The notes under the pieces: model-generated
What the model was told of the DNA's origin: nothing
Databases searched by the model: none
What the model saw: only the letters and a program-made list of their open reading frames with translations
Shown: positions 19,607 through 28,644 of the stretch, piece by piece
How the letters are laid out: the number at the start of each line of letters is the position of its first letter
Position numbering within the stretch: the first letter of the stretch is position 1
Program-made: the position numbers and the translations under genes
Origin: a virus
Lineage: Duplodnaviria > Caudoviricetes
Direction: 5' to 3' (one strand)
IMG/VR virus record: IMGVR_UViG_3300025117_000077
Location: 1-56,386 of that record
DNA: 56,386 bases

Positions 19607-19780
19607 ATGAAAAAGGAAGAATGGAAAGAAAAGTATGTTCAGACCTTAATCAATGTTGGCGGTTTGACCAAGAAGCAGGCCAAAGACAATTTTGATGGTA
19701 TTGAAGATTTTTCATCAGAAAGCCTAGAAGAAGATCCGGAGCAAATGGCTCTGGATGAAATGTCTTATTGGAGGGATTAG
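19607..19780 (+). CDS. Hypothetical protein (57 aa), absent from the ORF track
   Basis: MKKEEWKEKYVQTLINVGG...EMSYWRD; SD present; fills the gap. Confidence 0.5.
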   Translation: MKKEEWKEKYVQTLINVGGLTKKQAKDNFDGIEDFSSESLEEDPEQMALDEMSYWRD

Positions 19781-19783
19781 GAG

Positions 19784-20257
19784 ATGATAATCGCAATCGA
19801 CCCTGGAGTAACGGGAGCAATAGCCTGTCAAGACGACCAAGGGCGGGTATGGGTAGACGATATGCCTGTGACTATTGGGGATATTTGGGAATACTTTAAT
19901 AGCCTTACTGTTCCTTTTCAGGGTGTTCAAGAGGCCAAGTGCTACTTGGAGAATGTCGGGGGATACAGGAAAGGAAACGCAGGGCCGTCATCGGTTAAAT
20001 TCTCCCGGCACGTCGGACACCTGGAAATGGCCCTGTATGCCGCCGGGATACCGACCACTAAAGTTTCCCCCGTAACCTGGATGAAGGGGATCGGAGTGCC
20101 TAAATTCACCGGGACACCCCAGAGACAGAAAACGCTTCGCAAGAACTGGATAAGGGATTACGCTCAGAGGTATTTCCCTTCACTTAAGATCAAGGTGTCT
20201 CAGGGGGATGCGCTTGGGATGCTTGCTTATGTACTCAAACGGGAGGTAAAGCCATGA
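19784..20257 (+). CDS. RuvC-like Holliday junction resolvase
   Basis: IAIDPG.TGA, LE, P.TW.K and DAL motifs. Confidence 0.8.
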   Translation: MIIAIDPGVTGAIACQDDQGRVWVDDMPVTIGDIWEYFNSLTVPFQGVQEAKCYLENVGGYRKGNAGPSSVKFSRHVGHLEMALYAAGIPTTKVSPVTWMKGIGVPKFTGTPQRQKTLRKNWIRDYAQRYFPSLKIKVSQGDALGMLAYVLKREVKP

Positions 20258-20490
20258 AAGAAAAAGGAGTAAAAAAAGAAATGGATGTAATAAGAAAGGC
20301 TATGAAAACAGACAAGGGTTATTACATGGGATGGCAAGCCAATATCGCAATGGCTTTTTGTGATGAAATGGAAAGGTCTGGATATAGACTTCCAGAACTA
20401 AACAAAATAGCAAATAAGGCCGCCGTAAACTTTCTTAATTTGTTGATAAAACACTCCGGTCTAAGTACCACCAAGGAGATAAAACCATGA
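20254..20490 (+). CDS. Hypothetical protein
   Basis: Coupled ORF; GWQANIAMAF.DE motif. Confidence 0.55.
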   Translation: MKEKGVKKEMDVIRKAMKTDKGYYMGWQANIAMAFCDEMERSGYRLPELNKIANKAAVNFLNLLIKHSGLSTTKEIKP

Positions 20491-20768
20491 AAACGCTACT
20501 CGAAGTAATTGCATTGTTTGTCTTTACGGCCTTCATCGCCATTATTTTGATGGCCTTGGTGGGGTGTAATTCGTCCTCCAGTTCGGGCGGGGGACCGCAG
20601 GAACCGGCTAAGCTGAATATCTGCCAGACCTGTTCCAGAGATTCCCAATGTGAATCAAACCGCTGCGTCCAATTCAAGTCCGGGATGTGGCGCTGCGTCC
20701 CTACCAGCGTGACTAAGTATGAGTGTCCTCAAGGACAGTATTCTTTGAGCGGGGATTCGTGTAGTTAA
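20487..20768 (+). CDS. Cys-rich lipoprotein
   Basis: LVG|C lipobox, Ser/Gly linker, seven further Cys. Confidence 0.6.
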   Translation: MKTLLEVIALFVFTAFIAIILMALVGCNSSSSSGGGPQEPAKLNICQTCSRDSQCESNRCVQFKSGMWRCVPTSVTKYECPQGQYSLSGDSCS

Positions 20769-20821
20769 CCGATGCTCCTGCGGTGTGGCGTAGTTAACAT
20801 TTTAACAACAAAGGAGGTTTT

Positions 20822-21133
20822 ATGAAAGAAGAAATTAGGAATTTCTTGATTGATGTTGCAAAAGAAAAGGGATGGAAACGGCCAGAAGAGGAATTTGTTG
20901 AACTGTTGATTGACGGGAAAGAAGTTTGGTCTGGAGAAGAGGATGAGAGGAGGCATTGGATAGAATATACAAAGGTTGTCCAGGTCAAGGATAGGTTTTT
21001 TATGTTTGGATGGGCCAAGGGAGCAGGGGACCAGGGAATTTTTGATGCCGGTTGGGAGTTTGATCCCGAATCCATTATAGAGGTTAAGCCAGTTACTAAA
21101 ACCGTTACCGTGACCGATTATGTGGCTGTTTAG
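20822..21133 (+). CDS. Hypothetical phage protein
   Basis: SD aggagg; acidic; followed by a terminator. Confidence 0.6.
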   Translation: MKEEIRNFLIDVAKEKGWKRPEEEFVELLIDGKEVWSGEEDERRHWIEYTKVVQVKDRFFMFGWAKGAGDQGIFDAGWEFDPESIIEVKPVTKTVTVTDYVAV

Positions 21134-21165
21134 CAGTTAACCCTAATCTGTTTTAACTATTCCAC

Positions 21166-21189
21166 CCGGTCGAAATGGCCGGTTTTTTT
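21166..21189 (+). terminator. Rho-independent terminator
   Basis: ccggtc-gaaat-ggccgg followed by T7. Confidence 0.7.
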
Positions 21190-21256
21190 AGGCACTATCA
21201 ATTACAGTCTTTGTTGTATTTTCGCCATACCGGACGAAATGTTCTTGACAGGTAAA

Positions 21257-21327
21257 CACCAAGATATTGTGGCTGATTCAAACTTTTATCCCAATTAGTT
21301 GATTCTTTATGAGTGAGATTGTATACT
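21257..21327 (+). promoter_or_regulatory. Two NrdR-box-like sites overlapping a sigma70 promoter of the replication operon
   Basis: CACCAAGATATTGTGG (21257), degenerate TCCCAATTAGTTGATT 32 bp later, and TTGATT-N17-TATACT (21299-21327). Confidence 0.45.
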
Positions 21328-21394
21328 GAGAACGCTGAAGTTAAGAGAGGTTTTACCGTTGATTTTTTATTTTAATCCGATAAGATCGATTCCG

Positions 21395-21478
21395 CCTCCT
21401 TGAGGTAGGTGTGTCCAGTTAGGGCCGTCAACGGTCCCTTTCTTGACTTCAGCCCACTTACTTCAAGGAGGTTTTTTT
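21395..21478 (+). promoter_or_regulatory. Long RNA hairpin sequestering the RBS of the HNH gene (attenuator-like)
   Basis: CCTCCTTGAGGTAGGTG pairs with CACTTACTTCAAGGAGG (17 bp, 2 G-U), followed by T7 and ATG. Confidence 0.6.
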
Positions 21479-22105
21479 ATGGAATTAACCAAACGATGTC
21501 CATGTTGTAAAAATGAAAAAAAACTGGATTGTTTTACCACGGACAATAAAAAGAAATATGGCCGCAGTGTTTATTGTTTGGAATGTATAGGGCTGAAAAG
21601 AAAAGAGTATTATAAAAATAATTTGGATAAATTTAGGCAATATGACCTTGATCGCTATCAGTCATGCCAAGAGAGAAAAGAAAAATGGAAAAAAGAGAAT
21701 ATAGAAAAACAACGGCTTTACAGGAGACGGTCTAATAAAAAGAAATATCAGACTGTTAAAGGAAGATTAGACGTAAAAATGTCTACATCAATATATAGGG
21801 TATTGAAAGAAAACAAAAAATGGGAAAACTGGGAGGAATTGGTTGGATATACGGTTGACGCATTACAAAAACATTTAGAAAAACAATTTTTGCCCGGGAT
21901 GACTTGGGAAAATTATGGTCCATTCTGGCACATAGATCACAAGATACCAATTTCCGCCTATAATTTTAAATCATCTCAAGACATCGACTTTAGAAGATGT
22001 TGGGATTTAAAAAACCTCCAACCATTATGGGCCACCGATAACCTAAAAAAACATGCGAAACTTATTAAAAACTTTCAACCGTCTTTTTCGTTTTCTCAGG
22101 GTTAA
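21479..22105 (+). CDS. HNH endonuclease-like protein with N-terminal Zn finger
   Basis: KRCPCCK..K; GMTWENYG..WHIDHKIP; NLQPLWATDNLKK. Confidence 0.75.
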   Translation: MELTKRCPCCKNEKKLDCFTTDNKKKYGRSVYCLECIGLKRKEYYKNNLDKFRQYDLDRYQSCQERKEKWKKENIEKQRLYRRRSNKKKYQTVKGRLDVKMSTSIYRVLKENKKWENWEELVGYTVDALQKHLEKQFLPGMTWENYGPFWHIDHKIPISAYNFKSSQDIDFRRCWDLKNLQPLWATDNLKKHAKLIKNFQPSFSFSQG

Positions 22106-22256
22106 GGGGGTCTTTGTGTTTTATGGGGAAAATAAAGAAAAAGAAAAATACTTACCATGATTACAAATTGAGAAAGTCAATCCTAAAAGAACTCCCATTA
22201 ACCGCCAAGGAATACGAACAGGAAATTAAAAAGATCGTAAAGAGGTTAGGGATATA

Positions 22257-23915
22257 ATGATTGAAAACATCAGGTTAAAAGCGGCACTAATCTATAAGAA
22301 TAAGTTCGGGTTCTCTGTCATACCCTGCCGGGAGGATAAAAAGCCGTTCCTTCCCTGGGAAGAATTCCAAAAAAGAATAGCGACAGATGAAGAGATTACC
22401 GCATGGTGGAACAAATGGCCGATTGCTAATATCGGTATTGTCACCGGGTTAATTAGTAATTTAGCAGTAATTGACATAGATGATATGGAAATAGGTAAAG
22501 CCGAATTAAATAAATATATCCCCGAATCCTTCGTTTGTCCTACCGCCAATACTCCAAGAGGAGGACAGCACCTTTACTGCTTATGCCCTGATGAAAAAAT
22601 AAGAAATAATTCAAAAGTTGTTACCGGATGCGATCTTCGGGCAAACGGCGGTTATGTCTTAGCCCCTCCAAGTTCTAATGGAAAAGGAAAGCAATATAGT
22701 TGGGCGTCAGGACTGCATCTCAAGGATATTACCTTACCAGCACTTCCTAAAGACTATATAGATTTTATAACTACTAATTCTTTAAATAATATTAATATAT
22801 ATAATACTACCTTTGAAGCGTTGCAATCGTCCCTGAGCGTTGCAAAGCGTTGCGTTACCTTTGAGTATGGAAGAAAGGATGACGACCTCTATCATGTAGG
22901 AAATGCAATGGGGAAGGGAGGACTTGAGAGGGATTCAATAGAGAAGGTGTTGTTAATGCTCATGAATTCCTGGGGAGAAAATGATCCTAAATGGGCAAAG
23001 GAAAAAGTTGACAGCATAATGAAGAGGATTCAGCGCCGGGAAAGTCACGTTATGGATGACATCCGGGAATGGTTGAGCGTTGCAAAGGGTTGCTTCAGCG
23101 TCCAAGACTGTTGCCTGTCGTTGCAAAGCGTTGCAGGGGCAGTAAATAGGAGTTCGGTCCGGTCTGCCCTCTGCCGATTGGTTGATGAAGGGATAATAGA
23201 GAGGGTTGGAAACAAGGACAGTCAATTTAGGAAAGTTGAAAATAAAATAGAATTGGTTGATTGGAAAGGATCGGAAGGTAAAACAATGGATCTGGAATTT
23301 CCTTTCGATATGCTTAATTCAATTAACATTTTTCCTGGGTCAATTATCTTGGTGGCCGGATCTCCAAACTCCGGTAAAACAACTTTCCTGTTAAATATGG
23401 CTAAGGAAAACATGGATAAATATAAAATTTTATACATGAATTCAGAAATGGGAGGGGCAGAGTTTAAGGATAGAATAAAACTGTTTGGAGATGATCCGGA
23501 ATCTTGGCCTCTTGATATGGTTGATAGAAGTTCAAATTATGAAGATTTGATAATTCCGGAACAATATAAAATATTTATAATAGATTATCTGGAGGTAACT
23601 AAGGACTTTGCGGAGGTTGGTGTTCCCCTTGCGGCTATTCATCACAAATTAAAAGACAGTATTGCAATCATAGGGATTCAAAAGAATTTTGGAACAGATT
23701 TTGGCCGTGGTGGTGTTTTTACTATAGAAAAACCCCGCCTTGCATTGGCTATTGAAAAAAATAAAATCAAGATAGTAAAAGCAAAGGGGTGGAGAAAAGG
23801 CGTTGAAAACCCAAATGGAAAATATTGCAATTTTTCATTGGTGAACGGGAGCAAGTTTATCAAAAAGGGTGAATGGACGTATGACACCGGAGAATTTACA
23901 GGAAGGAGAGATTAG
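22257..23915 (+). CDS. Bifunctional primase-polymerase fused to a RecA/DnaB-like helicase
   Basis: NIGIVTG..LAVIDID, TPRGGQHLY, DLRANGGYVLAPPS; C-terminal GSPNSGKT and IIDYL. Confidence 0.85.
   Translation: MIENIRLKAALIYKNKFGFSVIPCREDKKPFLPWEEFQKRIATDEEITAWWNKWPIANIGIVTGLISNLAVIDIDDMEIGKAELNKYIPESFVCPTANTPRGGQHLYCLCPDEKIRNNSKVVTGCDLRANGGYVLAPPSSNGKGKQYSWASGLHLKDITLPALPKDYIDFITTNSLNNINIYNTTFEALQSSLSVAKRCVTFEYGRKDDDLYHVGNAMGKGGLERDSIEKVLLMLMNSWGENDPKWAKEKVDSIMKRIQRRESHVMDDIREWLSVAKGCFSVQDCCLSLQSVAGAVNRSSVRSALCRLVDEGIIERVGNKDSQFRKVENKIELVDWKGSEGKTMDLEFPFDMLNSINIFPGSIILVAGSPNSGKTTFLLNMAKENMDKYKILYMNSEMGGAEFKDRIKLFGDDPESWPLDMVDRSSNYEDLIIPEQYKIFIIDYLEVTKDFAEVGVPLAAIHHKLKDSIAIIGIQKNFGTDFGRGGVFTIEKPRLALAIEKNKIKIVKAKGWRKGVENPNGKYCNFSLVNGSKFIKKGEWTYDTGEFTGRRD
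22760..23135. repeat. Putative replication origin: AT-rich tract plus iteron-like AGCGTTGCA repeats
   Basis: AT tract 22760-22810; repeats at 22817, 22836, 22846, 23076, 23086, 23118, 23127. Confidence 0.55.
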
Positions 23916-23918
23916 GAA

Positions 23919-24344
23919 ATGAAAGGGTATTTACATGAAATGTTTCAAGTAATTACTGGATATATTTATTTTATCCAAATGGATTGTATCGGACCAATAA
24001 AAATAGGTTTTACAAAGGATATTAAAAAAAGAATGGTCCATCTTCAGCAAGCTAATCCATATAAACTAAATTTGTTGGTTTTGTTCCCAGGGAACGAAGA
24101 AATGGAAAAAGCTATTCATGAAGGATTTAGGGAAGCAAACTTAAAGGGAGAATGGTTTCTTCCTCATCCTGAGATATTAAAGGAGATAGAAGAACGTAAA
24201 AAATGGAATAGAATTAATAGGTTTTATAAGTCGTGTCCAGAAAACGACATAGGTGATTTTACGTTTGGCGGTGGCGGATGGGAAAAGCCGTATTGGAAAG
24301 AAAGATGCACGGAATACCAGAATAAAATATTAGGGGAGGATTAA
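23919..24344 (+). CDS. GIY-YIG (MUG113-like) protein
   Basis: YIYFI...IKIGFT..I.KR...LQ..NP...E..IH..F...GEWF. Confidence 0.75.
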   Translation: MKGYLHEMFQVITGYIYFIQMDCIGPIKIGFTKDIKKRMVHLQQANPYKLNLLVLFPGNEEMEKAIHEGFREANLKGEWFLPHPEILKEIEERKKWNRINRFYKSCPENDIGDFTFGGGGWEKPYWKERCTEYQNKILGED

Positions 24345-24348
24345 AATC

Positions 24349-24651
24349 ATGGGAGAATTCATCAAGACCGGAGTAAAAGCAGGGGTGCAATTATCGGAGT
24401 ATAAGGGAGCATGGTCTATTCAAACCGGATTCCAAGGCGATGATGGGAAGATTACCTTAGAATGGGTCCGGGCCGAGCATTGGGACAAGGAAGCCAAGAA
24501 GAAAGTACCCAATGAAAAGAACACCCCGCTACGGGTCTACCTGGGCAACAAAGCCCGAGCAATCGAAGTGCTGGAAGCCCTTCTCTGGGGGCTTAAGGGC
24601 GGTCCAGGTGAGGTCAATAACCAGGGGGATGATTCAGATATCCCTTTTTGA
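24349..24651 (+). CDS. Putative ssDNA-binding protein
   Basis: SSB-type acidic tail DDSDIPF; replication context. Confidence 0.55.
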   Translation: MGEFIKTGVKAGVQLSEYKGAWSIQTGFQGDDGKITLEWVRAEHWDKEAKKKVPNEKNTPLRVYLGNKARAIEVLEALLWGLKGGPGEVNNQGDDSDIPF

Positions 24652-24932
24652 TCGGAGAAAGGAGACTAATAATGTCCTGCATTAACTGCTTGAATTTAAA
24701 GACCAGAGTATTTACCCCGAAAAACATCAATGGGCAGTTAAGTAATATGACTACTTCTGCTGCCAGGAAACGCATCGACCAGGGTAAGGATATCCGGCTG
24801 GTCTGGTGTCGTCAGGATATCTGGGACAAGTGTTATGTGTTTGATACTGCGCTTAATTACAAGCTGATCGAGTACAGGATTCGGCGGGTGAGTTCAAACG
24901 ATTGTGAATATTTCCAGAATATGGAGGGGTAA
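24648..24932 (+). CDS. Cys-containing hypothetical protein
   Basis: CINC...WC...CEYF. Confidence 0.5.
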   Translation: MIGERRLIMSCINCLNLKTRVFTPKNINGQLSNMTTSAARKRIDQGKDIRLVWCRQDIWDKCYVFDTALNYKLIEYRIRRVSSNDCEYFQNMEG

Positions 24933-25109
24933 TACCTTTTTGAAAGGAGACAAGCCATGACAAAATACTACAAGGTTGAGATAATCCCCAAGATCGGGGG
25001 ATTTCTGAAGATGCCGCAGAATGCTATTCTGAGCGCACCAGGAGGCCGTAGGAACGATTATCTCCATTAAAAGGTAAATCTATACCACCCAAGAGGGAAA
25101 GGCGGGAAA

Positions 25110-25400
25110 ATGGCAACAGAAGGCTGCAAAGAAAGAATCTGGGAAAGTAATTATTATGGCCCAGGTGGTTTCCATCGACCATGCACCCGGAACCTCTGGA
25201 AGGATGGGTTTTGCAAACAGCACCATCCGGATTCGGTCAAGGCGAGGGATGAAGCCAGAGAGCAGAAATGGAAAGAAGAGGCCATATCCAGAGAAAGAAC
25301 CAGGCGTCGCCAGGAATACCGGACCTGCATAAAATTGACGCTCGAGCATGGGTTCAAAGATGTGGCGGACTATTTCAGCCGGTTACTGGATGGATTATGA
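25110..25400 (+). CDS. Hypothetical protein
   Basis: C...C.R...FCKQHHP Zn-like motif. Confidence 0.5.
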   Translation: MATEGCKERIWESNYYGPGGFHRPCTRNLWKDGFCKQHHPDSVKARDEAREQKWKEEAISRERTRRRQEYRTCIKLTLEHGFKDVADYFSRLLDGL

Positions 25401-25552
25401 TTGAAGAAACAACGGTTTCAGGTTTTAGTATGGGGTCAGTACTGGCAATGATAATTTCCTGGAGCATTAACCATTCGATAGGTTGGTGCATATTGCATGG
25501 GATATTTTCTTGGGGATATGTAGTTTATTACTGGATAGGATATGGGAGATAA
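25397..25552 (+). CDS. Small membrane protein
   Basis: GSVLAMIISWSINHSIGWCILHGIFSWGYVVYY; ATGA overlap. Confidence 0.55.
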   Translation: MIEETTVSGFSMGSVLAMIISWSINHSIGWCILHGIFSWGYVVYYWIGYGR

Positions 25553-25581
25553 AAAATCCCCCACCCGGCGAGATGGGGGAT
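25551..25581 (-). terminator. Terminator between convergent operons
   Basis: atccccca/tgggggat stem with a T-run on the minus strand. Confidence 0.6.
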
Positions 25582-25609
25582 ATGGCGAGGGTTAATTAAT
25601 TATTTTTCA

Positions 25610-25786
25610 TTAATTTGATTCTTCATAGTAATCGTTTGGGTCAGGATGATAAGCTGGATATGGATGTTTAGATAAATAATCAATAGCCTTGTCCCTTGAC
25701 CAATGTTTATCTTTAACGAGATCCTTAACCAACCTTTCGTATAATTCACAGTCAGCATCATATCTTTTACTATCAAAAAAATTCAT
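25610..25786 (-). CDS. Hypothetical protein (58 aa), absent from the ORF track
   Basis: SD gggagggg; MNFFDSKRYDADC... Confidence 0.45.
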   Translation of the reverse strand: MNFFDSKRYDADCELYERLVKDLVKDKHWSRDKAIDYLSKHPYPAYHPDPNDYYEESN

Positions 25787-25836
25787 CTTTTCCCCTCCCG
25801 GCAGTTTTATAGACTTGCCGAGGTCTAGTTAGTTGG

Positions 25837-26025
25837 TTAACGGGCCGTAGTGTCGGCAATATGAGCATTTAATAACACTTCGACCTTTTGTCTTAACCGG
25901 GCCGATTCGCCTATAAGCTCCAGTATTATAATACTTTCTACGTTATCGGCATCCTTGAGAGCGTGCCGCAATTCTCCCCAGATACCGTCAAGGCTGGAAA
26001 GAACACTATTTAATCTTGGCTCCAT
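25837..26025 (-). CDS. Hypothetical early protein
   Basis: SD gggggag. Confidence 0.5.
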   Translation of the reverse strand: MEPRLNSVLSSLDGIWGELRHALKDADNVESIIILELIGESARLRQKVEVLLNAHIADTTAR

Positions 26026-26120
26026 ATCTCCCCCCTACCTGCCCAATTCGAGCAGAAAAAGTAATTGAATCATCAATATTAACCCCCACGCCGTGACTGT
26101 ATAGATTAGGCGGTACATTG

Positions 26121-26315
26121 TTAGTCCTCCTTTTTATTGCCAATAATTTTAAAAACCCCAACAGTATTTCCATTGACATCCCTTAAATTAATAGAGTAAT
26201 TAGGAATAGAATAGGCAATTTTGTCGGCTAAATCATGTAATATTCTACCCAATTCTCCATCAGTAGGATCTTCAAAGGCCGCATTGTCCATATTAATTTC
26301 AATTTTAGCTTTCAT
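26121..26315 (-). CDS. Hypothetical early protein
   Basis: MDNAAFED...LRDVNGNTVG, a motif common in small phage proteins. Confidence 0.6.
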   Translation of the reverse strand: MKAKIEINMDNAAFEDPTDGELGRILHDLADKIAYSIPNYSINLRDVNGNTVGVFKIIGNKKED

Positions 26316-26680
26316 ATCTCTCCTCCCCGGCCTTCGGCTTTGGCTATGGCCTGAGCCGCTTTGTAAACTTCTGGCCCATGTAATCGGTTATCGGTTATCA
26401 TGTCCAAGAGTTCCTTACAGGCTTCGAGCAGGTCCGGAGCCGCTGCGATTAAATTCCCATTTGCTTCCATTTCTTCTTCTGAAAATTTGCAAATTGTTTC
26501 GATAATTTCGTCCCGGTATTTGCAAACCGTAGGTGATCTTTTTTGTGATAGATAATGGGTTGTTTTAATATGACCAATAGTTCCATTGTAATCTTTTACC
26601 CAAGGTTTAGGTGTATGTTCGCCTAATCTCAAATAAAATCCATCCTCTTTTTGAATAATTTCTGGCTTAATCATTGTCAT
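26312..26680 (-). CDS. Hypothetical early protein (HTPxPW...LIAAAPDLLEA family)
   Basis: Recognisable phage motif; SD gggagg. Confidence 0.6.
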   Translation of the reverse strand: MTMIKPEIIQKEDGFYLRLGEHTPKPWVKDYNGTIGHIKTTHYLSQKRSPTVCKYRDEIIETICKFSEEEMEANGNLIAAAPDLLEACKELLDMITDNRLHGPEVYKAAQAIAKAEGRGGEI

Positions 26681-26832
26681 TTCCTCCCTTCTTCTCCTTC
26701 CGGGGTTTGTCCCAATAGGGCGAATGGCACGACTGATTCGGACAGGCTACCGGCCTTGATAAGCTCCGAGGATACCAGGAATACCCGCACCTGGTACATT
26801 TCAACTTCCGGATTACTTCTTCTTTTTCCATG

Positions 26833-27030
26833 TTAGTTATCCTTTCGGTTGTTTAATTCACGGCAAGCAATGTCAAACAGATAATCATAGTCTTTAGATT
26901 TATGGCAACCATTTATAAATATTCTGATTTTACTTGTAGGCCAATAGGTTATTCCCTCTTTAAATGACATATTTGGTTTCCTATCAAAAGGAACTCCCTT
27001 ACTATCTTCAATTCCTTCATCAAATTCCAT
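26833..27030 (-). CDS. Hypothetical early protein
   Basis: SD ggggagg. Confidence 0.5.
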   Translation of the reverse strand: MEFDEGIEDSKGVPFDRKPNMSFKEGITYWPTSKIRIFINGCHKSKDYDYLFDIACRELNNRKDN

Positions 27031-27086
27031 AACAACCTCCCCCTCATATCCGGGTATTATTGCCCCCCGGCTGGGATTGTAGAGGG

Positions 27087-27335
27087 TTAATCTTTAAGAT
27101 TTTCCAGGGCCAGCTTGACGGACAAACGGTTAAAGGTAGCTCCGTCAGGAGTTTTCCCTCCGCCTACATTATTGACAAACCTGGAAGCTGCTGCGCCGAA
27201 TCTATACTTGCCTGTTTTCTTCGACTTGGTAAGTTCAATATCTTCCAGGGCAAGGTTATAAAGCCCTTCATCATTATTAATCCATAAAGCTACATTCCAG
27301 GTGTTCCAGCTTCTGTGACCATTATATTCTTTCAT
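27087..27335 (-). CDS. Hypothetical early protein (YNG..WNVALWI.ND family)
   Basis: YNGHRSWNTWNVALWINNDEGLY; TPDG. Confidence 0.6.
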   Translation of the reverse strand: MKEYNGHRSWNTWNVALWINNDEGLYNLALEDIELTKSKKTGKYRFGAAASRFVNNVGGGKTPDGATFNRLSVKLALENLKD

Positions 27336-27369
27336 TCTCTCCCCTCTTTCTCCCCGTTTGGGGTGTTGG

Positions 27370-27582
27370 TTAACGTGCCTTTATTTCCCTTCTCATTCTC
27401 AAGGTCCATTCCCGGTTATACTTGGCAAACCATAAACTATCCAGGGTTGGTCTGTTTAACATCCAAAACCAGAGTTTTTGACCATTGTCTCTCATTTTCA
27501 TGTGACCCAACAAATTCCTGGAATACCGGAAACTCTTTGGAGCATACATTTCAAAGGCATACTGTGATTTACTCATCTTCAT
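27370..27582 (-). CDS. Hypothetical early protein
   Basis: SD gggaggg. Confidence 0.45.
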   Translation of the reverse strand: MKMSKSQYAFEMYAPKSFRYSRNLLGHMKMRDNGQKLWFWMLNRPTLDSLWFAKYNREWTLRMRREIKAR

Positions 27583-27652
27583 TCCCTCCCGCTTTTTATT
27601 TAATCCCTTATCAAGTCCCGCTGGCAGTCGGGACTGGGAAAGGATTAAAGGT

Positions 27653-28354
27653 CTAGGCAGCCTTATCTTCTTTTAGTAACCGGTTTCTGAGATTAGAAAC
27701 CCGACTTTCTATATTTCTGGTAAGGGTATAAACCTTTAATAAATCCTGTATTAATTCAACCGGTAGCTTGTGTTCGTAGGTAATTTCCATTTCCAATTCT
27801 TTATCCCAATATACCCAACCATCAAGGGTTTCTCTGATTTGTTCTAAAAGTAAATATGTTCCGATCGCTCCCGAATAGTTATTTCCCAGAATCCAAGAAA
27901 TAGAATGAGGGGAACCATCCATCCAGGAAACGACCTCCTCCCATCGCTTGTCGTGCTTTTTACTTTCACTTCGGGAAATCTTTCTTTCATTCTTATTGAA
28001 CCAGGCCGGTTTATCTTCCTTGTAAATAACCGTCGAAGCAAAAACAATGTCTTCCCGCTGGACTTCTCTGGGCCAATAGTAGGACTGATAAAGGGTTTCA
28101 ACGTCGGTCCGGTTGTTTTCCAGGTGAAAGGCTAATGAAGTGAAAAAGTCAATCCAATTCTCTTTTAAGACCGGTACGGAATAGTTATGTTTTACGTTTC
28201 CGTCCCCATAGGTTTCATACTCCAAAAACCCGCGCCCTAAATAGGCGGCATGGTTTCTGTAATAACTGTCGCTGGTATGAGACAACGAATCGGAGTTAAA
28301 TTCATATCCTATGTTCCCCCTGCCAATACTGCTAAAGCTAAAATAATTTCCCAT
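27653..28354 (-). CDS. Hypothetical early protein
   Basis: SD gaggag; 233 aa. Confidence 0.65.
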   Translation of the reverse strand: MGNYFSFSSIGRGNIGYEFNSDSLSHTSDSYYRNHAAYLGRGFLEYETYGDGNVKHNYSVPVLKENWIDFFTSLAFHLENNRTDVETLYQSYYWPREVQREDIVFASTVIYKEDKPAWFNKNERKISRSESKKHDKRWEEVVSWMDGSPHSISWILGNNYSGAIGTYLLLEQIRETLDGWVYWDKELEMEITYEHKLPVELIQDLLKVYTLTRNIESRVSNLRNRLLKEDKAA

Positions 28355-28518
28355 TTTATTCTCCTCTCAGTTTATTTTGTTTAGATCAAAGATAACCAAC
28401 TTAATAAACTAACCAGGACACAGATACCAACCTGCACCGCCGCAATCCCTAATAATATTTTTTGGAAGATTATCATTTTTCCCTCCCGTTTAATGTTAAC
28501 TGCCGTTACCAATATGAT

Positions 28519-28536
28519 AAGCACATATCGTGCCAA
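28519..28536 (-). promoter_or_regulatory. sigma54 (RpoN) -24/-12 promoter
   Basis: Minus strand TTGGCACGATATGTGCTT is GG-N10-GC with a TGGCACG core. Confidence 0.7.
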
Positions 28537-28644
28537 GTTATTATAATAATATGATTATATTTATAAGTCTATTAAATCACTACATATTTATTTTATTACA
28601 CCAGGTATCAGGCCATTTATCGGACCTTAGAGCATGGTGAAAAC

